Assembly (NCBI RefSeq): GCF_900232105.1
Contig: NZ_LT934425.1
Location: 570,001-602,000, forward strand
Origin: Candidatus Kuenenia stuttgartensis
Lineage (GTDB): Bacteria > Planctomycetota > Brocadiia > Brocadiales > Brocadiaceae
Direction: 5' to 3'
Length of the DNA: 32,000 nt
Made by a program: the position numbers and the translations under genes. Shown here in pieces: positions 25,716 through 32,000 of this stretch; the first letter of the stretch is position 1; every line of letters begins with the position of its first letter. The notes below the pieces were generated by a model. That model ran no database searches and was not told where the DNA came from. It worked only from the letters and a program-made list of their open reading frames with translations.

Positions 25716-26744
25716 CTAAGAACCATCACCCATATCCGGCAAGCACAATTCAGGTTCTTTGTTCATCATAACACGTAGTTTATTTTTTACAATCCACTTC
25801 ATTGGAATACGTATATGCTTCTTTATCACAGGCGCTGCATTACCAACCATCCAGCATCGTTTATCGCATGTATCAACGGCACTACGAACTATATCTGCCC
25901 CTTTGCTATTCCAGATATCTTCAAATGAACTTTCTCTAATATTTCCCATAGGCATTTTACAGTTCATGCCATTGCAGGGAAGAACGTCCCCTGATGGGTC
26001 TATAAAACAGGATTCGGAACCCATTTCACATTTTAAAAACCTATTGCCATCATAGATGTAATTCATAAGACCGTAATTAAAATATGCACGGAACCATTTC
26101 TTAATAGATTTCGACTTTAATAATTCTACGATCAGCCTGGAGAACTCTTTACACACCACATCTTTATTTTCAATGCGGTTATCCAGTTTGTAAAAATAGT
26201 GTGAGTTGTGAAGCGTTGCAGTGGCAAACTCATAGCCAAGTACATTTGATAACTCATAGAGTGGTATAAGATCTTTACAATTCATATCCTGGACTGTCAT
26301 ACCAAAGCCAATGTCCTTTAAACCCATTTTTCGCAATGTGAACAGTGTTCTCAACCCTCTGTCAAATCCCTCCGGAATTCCTCTAATAGTGTCATTCGCT
26401 TTTTGGAATCCTTCGATACTTATCCTTATTCCAAGATCAGGATGCTTTTGGCACAGCGCTACAATCCGGTCGGTAAAAAATCCATTAGTACTTATAACTA
26501 TTCGCCTTGTCTTAGGACGTATTGCTTCAATAATTTCAGCAATATCCTGCCGGAGAAAGGGTTCTCCACCGGTAATATTTATAAACCTCAACCCGGAAGG
26601 TAATTTTTCGATATCATTTATAGTAATTTCTTCGCTTGATTTAGTGGGATAATGCCACACATCACACATGTTGCACTTTGCGTTGCATCTGTAAGTAAGT
26701 ATGATACAAATTTCCCTTGGTAGTGGCATTTTCTGATTCACCAT
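25716..26744 (-). CDS. radical SAM protein with SPASM-like C-terminal cysteines
   Basis: 'ICIILTYRCNAKCNMCDVWHYP' CxxxCxxC; 'FINITGGEPFLRQDIAEII'; C-terminal 'CFIDPSGDVLPCNGMNCKMPMGNIRESSFEDIWNSK...CDKRCWM'. Confidence 0.92.
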   Translation of the reverse strand: MVNQKMPLPREICIILTYRCNAKCNMCDVWHYPTKSSEEITINDIEKLPSGLRFINITGGEPFLRQDIAEIIEAIRPKTRRIVISTNGFFTDRIVALCQKHPDLGIRISIEGFQKANDTIRGIPEGFDRGLRTLFTLRKMGLKDIGFGMTVQDMNCKDLIPLYELSNVLGYEFATATLHNSHYFYKLDNRIENKDVVCKEFSRLIVELLKSKSIKKWFRAYFNYGLMNYIYDGNRFLKCEMGSESCFIDPSGDVLPCNGMNCKMPMGNIRESSFEDIWNSKGADIVRSAVDTCDKRCWMVGNAAPVIKKHIRIPMKWIVKNKLRVMMNKEPELCLPDMGDGS

Positions 26745-27151
26745 AGTTTGTCCTTTTTTAGTAAAAAGAAGTTTTTAAAGTAAGTGAGTAACTTTACGCT
26801 GGCATAGCCAGAACCAAACAAGCACGAAACAAATTCTAATGACAAAATGATTTGAAATGCTAAACAAACGCATCTTTCGTATTTCGCGCTTCGTATTGTT
26901 TTGCCTGCCCGTGCGTGATCGCACGCAAACAGGGATGCTTTGGATTTGTTTTGAATTTTATGCTTTGTAATTAGGATTTGATTCGGATTTCGTATTTAGC
27001 ATTTTCGGATTTTACCATTAAATATTTTGTCAAAAAAATGTAAAGGAATTACTGATAAGGTACTATTACATATTTATTCGCCACACTAAGATACTAAAGG
27101 CGCGAAGCATTATTTCTTCTTTTCTTTGAGGCTCTGTGGCTTTGTGTGAGC

Positions 27152-28069
27152 TTATTTTTTTCTCGCCATTAGCATAACACCAAGCATTTTCATTTCTGAA
27201 GAATCCAAATTCCTGAATTTTTTATTTAGTCTCAGCTTAACTCTTTTTAAATATTCTTCTTCCACAACAATAACAGGTTCAATTATTACATCAACCCAAC
27301 CTTTTTTTTCTAACATATCTTTATACTCAAATGCCCTTACTCTATTTGGAGAGCCTTTAAACTTAAAGGTATTCCAAAACCAATCACTGTACCGATATAT
27401 ATTTAAAGGGTCACGATCTCTTATCCAGGAGGTGTGTGTCTTCAAATCAATTAATGTAACTAATACCCCCCCCCGATTAACTACATTGCTAAGTTCCATG
27501 AGAGTTCTTTCGACATCTGTAAAATGTTCAAAAGCCGCCTGGCTAAAGACAACATCAACCTTCTCTTTAATTTTTGAAATCGCAAAACCTTTATCTACAA
27601 TATAATTTATCTCAGTGTATTCCCTTTTATGGCACTTACTCAATGTTTCCTTTAAATGTTCAATATTACAGTTTGTATAACGTTTCTTTAATCGTTCAAA
27701 TAATTTGTCATAAAATTCTACTGGGGACGAAAAGGCTAACTTATTAACATCCAGTGCAATATACTTTTTCGCGCCAAGCGCCAATAATATCAAACCGACT
27801 CCAAAATCCGGACCGGGACCAAGCTCAAGGACTATTTTGTTCGTCAAAGGTTTTTCATCATTAGAATAAAAACGAAGATATTCAATCCAACTATCAACAA
27901 CCTTGAAATCATAATCAATAGACCGCTCTATTTCATTGATAGAAAAAGTTCTGGGCGTCTTATAACCAAAGAAGCTATGTCTCAAATAATTCAGTATAAT
28001 AAATACTGCACCAATAAGATGGTATCTAATATTTTTAACGTCTTCCGGTTTGACTGTTTTTATGTTCAT
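27152..28069 (-). CDS. class I SAM-dependent methyltransferase
   Basis: 'NKIVLELGPGPDFGVGLILLALGAKKYIALDVNKLAF', 'KEKVDVVFSQAAFEHFTDVERTLMELSNVVNRGGVLVTLIDLKTH'. Confidence 0.85.
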   Translation of the reverse strand: MNIKTVKPEDVKNIRYHLIGAVFIILNYLRHSFFGYKTPRTFSINEIERSIDYDFKVVDSWIEYLRFYSNDEKPLTNKIVLELGPGPDFGVGLILLALGAKKYIALDVNKLAFSSPVEFYDKLFERLKKRYTNCNIEHLKETLSKCHKREYTEINYIVDKGFAISKIKEKVDVVFSQAAFEHFTDVERTLMELSNVVNRGGVLVTLIDLKTHTSWIRDRDPLNIYRYSDWFWNTFKFKGSPNRVRAFEYKDMLEKKGWVDVIIEPVIVVEEEYLKRVKLRLNKKFRNLDSSEMKMLGVMLMARKK

Positions 28070-28070
28070 G

Positions 28071-29318
28071 TCAATATTTTCCTATCGCTGATTGATAAAT
28101 GTTTATTAATCCCTGATAATACTTTTCAGCGTTCAAATTTTGCTCTACAAATACCCTGGCATTTTCCCTCATCTCTGCGACTTTACCAGGGTTATCCAAT
28201 ACGTATCTTATCTTTTCAGCCAGCTCATGGGCATTTCCTGATTCAAAAGTCAATCCTGTTATTCCCTCTTTAACTAATTCCGGAATTCCACCGATTTTTG
28301 CCCCGATAACTGGGACGCCAAGGGCAAAGGCCTCTAATACTGACATGGGATTATTTTCATACCACTCGGAGGGAAGAACAACAGCCAAACATTTTTTTAT
28401 CTCTTTATATAACGCCTCGCCTTTTATATATCCAGGGAATTGAATATTATTACTCCCATCCGATTTAGCCTTTTCTTCAAGGTCCCCTTTTATTGGCCCA
28501 TCACCGATTATCTTAACCTCGACTTTGCGGTTAGTATTTAGCAACTTTGTAGCTTTAATGAGTGTATATAATCCTTTCTCCGGCGCTAGTCTACCAAAAT
28601 AAACGAGGGAGTTCTCACGACCATTTTCCCCGTCTTTCACTTTTCCAAATTTCTTTATATCAATAAAATTAGGCAAATGAATGATTTTCTTCCTGAAACC
28701 CATCCCCGCCAGCTTTTTTTTCAGGAAAAAGCTTGGGGAAATGAAGGCATCCACATTGTCGTATATGTCAAAAAACCTGTGATGCACATACATCTCCAAT
28801 GCAGCAAGACAGCTTTTAGCAAGTGATCCTTTGACGCATTTGTTTTTGATTACTGCTAAATAGTTCCCCCCGGAACAGACCTCACAGTTTTTACCATTAG
28901 CCATCATCAAATAAGAGGCGCAAACCATCTTATAGTCATGAAGCGTCATCACAACAGGTATCTTTCTTTTTTTTAAAATATGCAAGATTGAAGGGGAAAT
29001 CTGATGGTGGATGTTGTGGAGGTGTGCAATATCAACGGGGTATTCATTCAACAATTTAGAAAGCAATTTCTTTGCCTTCAGAGAATAAAGAATCCTGCCT
29101 GTGCTTTTTAGTTGGTTTATCACGCCATTGCTACTCGTATTCAAGTCTACATAAGGCATGAAATAATCCTTGGTTTTACAGGATAGATTTTCCGGATGTT
29201 GCATGGAGAAGAATATAGATTTGTGACCGTGAGATTCCAGTATTTTTGCCGTCTCAAAGTAAACAGTCTCACACCCGCCACGCATATAATGAAATTTATT
29301 GATGTTAAGGATATTCAT
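28071..29318 (-). CDS. glycosyltransferase family 4
   Basis: 'MNILNINKFHYMRGGCETVYFETAKILESHGHKSIFFSM', 'PVVMTLHDYKMVCASYLMM...CEVCSGG', 'YFGRLAPEKGLYTLIKA', 'PSEWYENNPMSVLEAFALGVPVIGAKIGGIPELVKEGITG'. Confidence 0.93.
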   Translation of the reverse strand: MNILNINKFHYMRGGCETVYFETAKILESHGHKSIFFSMQHPENLSCKTKDYFMPYVDLNTSSNGVINQLKSTGRILYSLKAKKLLSKLLNEYPVDIAHLHNIHHQISPSILHILKKRKIPVVMTLHDYKMVCASYLMMANGKNCEVCSGGNYLAVIKNKCVKGSLAKSCLAALEMYVHHRFFDIYDNVDAFISPSFFLKKKLAGMGFRKKIIHLPNFIDIKKFGKVKDGENGRENSLVYFGRLAPEKGLYTLIKATKLLNTNRKVEVKIIGDGPIKGDLEEKAKSDGSNNIQFPGYIKGEALYKEIKKCLAVVLPSEWYENNPMSVLEAFALGVPVIGAKIGGIPELVKEGITGLTFESGNAHELAEKIRYVLDNPGKVAEMRENARVFVEQNLNAEKYYQGLINIYQSAIGKY

Positions 29319-29320
29319 TT

Positions 29321-30490
29321 TTACAAGTATTTTTTGAATTCGATATATCTGGCTTCCCAGGAATTTTCACTTATAAAGTGTTTAAACTGGTCATCCGGAA
29401 TTGCGCTTAATTTATTTTCGCCTTTAAACAGGGAATCCTGGACAAATTTAATGAACTCTTCTCCTGTATGGGCAACATATAAATATTTTTCATATTCAAG
29501 GATATCAGGTAATGCGGTTGAAACTATGGGCTTTTTAAAATACAGGTACTCAAAGAGTTTCGTTGGAAATACCCCCTTCCCGTGCTCGCTCAATGCATAT
29601 GGAATAATAAACAAATCCATGCAGTCCATATATATTGGAAGCTGCTTGAAATGTTTCCAACCAAGAAAAACAATATTATTACAATCGAGTTTCTTCTTTG
29701 CTTCGGATGTTTCACTTCCAATTAATATCACCGTAGCCGCAGGTATATCTACTGCAAGTTTTCTAACAAGGTCGAAGTCAAAGGTTTGATGGAAACTGCC
29801 GATATAACAAATTCTATTATTGCCCATATTTGCCAAATCGCCAGGTATTCCAACATCTTTTATTCTGTTAATATTATAATTCCCGATATCTATTCCTTGA
29901 GGTATGCGTACTACATTTTTATTCAATTCCAGTTTTTCACTAAAAATGGTTATTGAGTCAGCGATAACCAGATCAACCTTTTTTGCTATGTTTTTATCGT
30001 TAAAAACAACTTCTGGCGGAAAGTATTTATTGAATTCAAATCTCTGTACACAATCGTATATTCTTTTTACGGCAGGAATTTTATCAAAAATATCGTTCAC
30101 ATAATTCGCTGGATGGCTAATAATAACACTATCAAAATGGTTTATTTTGTACTTTTTCATTATTTTTCTTATCTGCAAAAGTGCTAACTTCGCATTGAGG
30201 AATCGAAAGATTCCTCTTTGAAGAGGGAATATCTTTAATTGTATAAAACAAAGATGCTTCATAGTAAATCGGCCTTTTCCACCAACGTTTCTAACCAAAA
30301 AGAATCTTTTAATGAATGCTTTAAGCATTTTGATAATTCCCACATTTTTAGCACTTATTCTTTCAATGTAAAATACATTAAAATCTTTAACCAAGAATTC
30401 GACTATTGTTTGTTGTCGTTGTTTTAATAACTCCCAATCACGAATAGAAAATGAACCTATAATCAAAATATTTTTATTTTTTGTATCCAT
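29321..30490 (-). CDS. glycosyltransferase (GT4-like / glycosyl transferases group 1)
   Basis: 'ILIIGSFSIRDWELLKQRQQTIVEFLVKDFNVFYIERIS', 'NNRICYIGSFHQTFDFDLVRKLAVDIPAATVILIGS', 'YMDCMDLFIIPYALSEHGKGVFPTKLFEYLYFKKPIVSTALPDI'. Confidence 0.85.
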   Translation of the reverse strand: MDTKNKNILIIGSFSIRDWELLKQRQQTIVEFLVKDFNVFYIERISAKNVGIIKMLKAFIKRFFLVRNVGGKGRFTMKHLCFIQLKIFPLQRGIFRFLNAKLALLQIRKIMKKYKINHFDSVIISHPANYVNDIFDKIPAVKRIYDCVQRFEFNKYFPPEVVFNDKNIAKKVDLVIADSITIFSEKLELNKNVVRIPQGIDIGNYNINRIKDVGIPGDLANMGNNRICYIGSFHQTFDFDLVRKLAVDIPAATVILIGSETSEAKKKLDCNNIVFLGWKHFKQLPIYMDCMDLFIIPYALSEHGKGVFPTKLFEYLYFKKPIVSTALPDILEYEKYLYVAHTGEEFIKFVQDSLFKGENKLSAIPDDQFKHFISENSWEARYIEFKKYL

Positions 30491-30625
30491 TAAAATCTTT
30501 TCTGGTTAATCACCTCTTAAAACGAGCTACTATTAAAGTGGTACAATAATTAATTATTTAAAATTCTTACGCCGCCTAAAGATACCGTAGGATATTCGTA
30601 TGATTCATACCTTTCTCCATTCATA

Positions 30626-31975
30626 CTAATTACTCTCAAACTCAAGACCTGAAGAAATATTTTTTTGCGGGTTTTCCCGTACGATTACCCCATTATATAT
30701 TCCTAGTAATCCCCAAAATATATGGCCGTTTGCAAGTGCGTTACCTGTTATACCATATACCAGAAAACTAACAAGCATTAGTAATGCAACCTTTGCAAAA
30801 TCGTTTTCTTTAAGGTTTTTTACGGCAAAAACAAGCATAGTAAATAATAGGGTTAGATAGCCTATTCCTCCGAAAATCCCCGTTTCGGCAAACATGAGCA
30901 TATAATCCCCATGTGCAGCTATATTTTTACCGAATTCGTGGGCGGATAATTCAAAAAATGTCCCAATCCCGCTACCAAAGATAGGATGCTCTTTGAAGAT
31001 ACTCAACGCATATTGAAACAACTCCAACCTTCCTAATGCAGAGCTATCAACAGTTGACGCACGAGAAATAATCTTGTTCGATATAAACACAAAGATTATC
31101 CCTAGCGGTAAAGCAAATCTCAATATTTTCTTATATTTGAACAAGAAGAAAAAAAGAATTAATTGGAGAGCAACTGCAATCCAGGTAATTCTGGTAAAAG
31201 TGAGAAGTATATTTAATAAAAATAAAAACGGTAGAAGACGATAAAGATATTTGCCGTCTTTCTTTCTCATGAAAAAATAGAGGTACAGCGGTAAAAATAT
31301 TAACAAGGCAAATGAATAGCCCGGCGCGTGCGGAAAGCTGGTTCGTATTCTTTCAAAACTTTGGATAATTTGATAATCCTGATAAATCAGATTAGTTATC
31401 GAACGTCCATAAAAGATATTATACCCAGTTATGTACTCAATAATCCCACAGATTAACAATGCGATAAAGATAGCCGTTATAAATTTGAATATCTTTTTTT
31501 CAATGTTATTGTTGCTGACAACAACAAAGTAGGTTAATAAATAAAAAGAAAACGCTGCAAGTACCCTGGTTAAACCCCTGACGGATGTCGACAGGCTCAC
31601 TGAAAATGGTGTCGTTAATACCAAATAGAGTGAAAATAGAAGTATCGGATATATGATGCTTTTATTCCAATACTCTCTTCTTACCTGAATAAAGTCTTTT
31701 AACCTTATATAAAAAAACAAAATCATCATTATATTTAGAATCCCCAGCAAATTAATGCTTTGGCTTCCCGATAATGAAATACTCAACCTATCTGCAAATC
31801 CTGCAAAAGCCAGATAGACAAAGAAATAAATATTTATAACTGCCAGTTCACTCCTCAAAATAAAGACGATGGTTATCGTCATTAACAAAAAGACAACCGC
31901 TAGTTTGGCATTATATAATAAAGAAACTGCAAATAGAGTTGAAAGCATCGCTACCGCAAAGACGTTCTTTCCCAT
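30626..31975 (-). CDS. O-antigen ligase/polymerase family membrane protein (Wzy/WaaL-like)
   Basis: Multi-TM protein with 'ALGRLELFQYALSIFKEHPIFGSGIGTFFELSAHEFGKNIAAHGDYMLMFAETGIFGGIGYLTLLFTML', the typical Wzy_C motif context. Confidence 0.88.
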   Translation of the reverse strand: MGKNVFAVAMLSTLFAVSLLYNAKLAVVFLLMTITIVFILRSELAVINIYFFVYLAFAGFADRLSISLSGSQSINLLGILNIMMILFFYIRLKDFIQVRREYWNKSIIYPILLFSLYLVLTTPFSVSLSTSVRGLTRVLAAFSFYLLTYFVVVSNNNIEKKIFKFITAIFIALLICGIIEYITGYNIFYGRSITNLIYQDYQIIQSFERIRTSFPHAPGYSFALLIFLPLYLYFFMRKKDGKYLYRLLPFLFLLNILLTFTRITWIAVALQLILFFFLFKYKKILRFALPLGIIFVFISNKIISRASTVDSSALGRLELFQYALSIFKEHPIFGSGIGTFFELSAHEFGKNIAAHGDYMLMFAETGIFGGIGYLTLLFTMLVFAVKNLKENDFAKVALLMLVSFLVYGITGNALANGHIFWGLLGIYNGVIVRENPQKNISSGLEFESN

Positions 31976-32000
31976 TTCTTGTAACTTCTCAATAAATTGT

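Overview
This 32-kb window reads as a surface-polysaccharide biosynthesis and export locus, almost entirely on the minus strand. An anammox-type planctomycete host is only my impression from style. The left block (about 10.2 kb down to 1) holds an rfbF-like cytidylyltransferase, an NAD-dependent epimerase/decarboxylase, UDP-glucose dehydrogenase, a class IV aminotransferase-like protein, a sugar C-methyltransferase-like protein, a DUF4910/M28-like protein, a methyltransferase, a nucleotidyltransferase, and a Wzm/Wzt-type ABC exporter (the ATPase is cut by the window edge). The middle contains a 1.5-kb non-coding stretch rich in inverted repeats, an IS110-family transposase with a structured upstream non-coding region (candidate bridge RNA), and a ~2,890-aa secreted mosaic protein. 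That protein has an Asp-box beta-propeller, three LamG-like domains and six near-identical 107-aa Ig-like repeats. Its gene is preceded by a convincing c-di-GMP-I (GEMM-I) riboswitch that the ORF track does not show. The right block has a sulfotransferase (the only confident plus-strand gene), three GT4-type glycosyltransferases, a methyltransferase, a radical SAM/SPASM protein, an O-antigen ligase-like membrane protein, and a tandemly duplicated four-helix-bundle (23S rRNA-IVP-like) gene embedded in heptameric repeats. The best leads are: (1) the riboswitch controlling the giant repeat protein; (2) the 435-bp tandem four-helix-bundle units with heptad arrays next to a glycosyltransferase start codon; (3) the IS110 putative bridge-RNA region; (4) a 296-bp MITE-like element containing strong hairpins. 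No CRISPR array, tRNA or rRNA was recognised.
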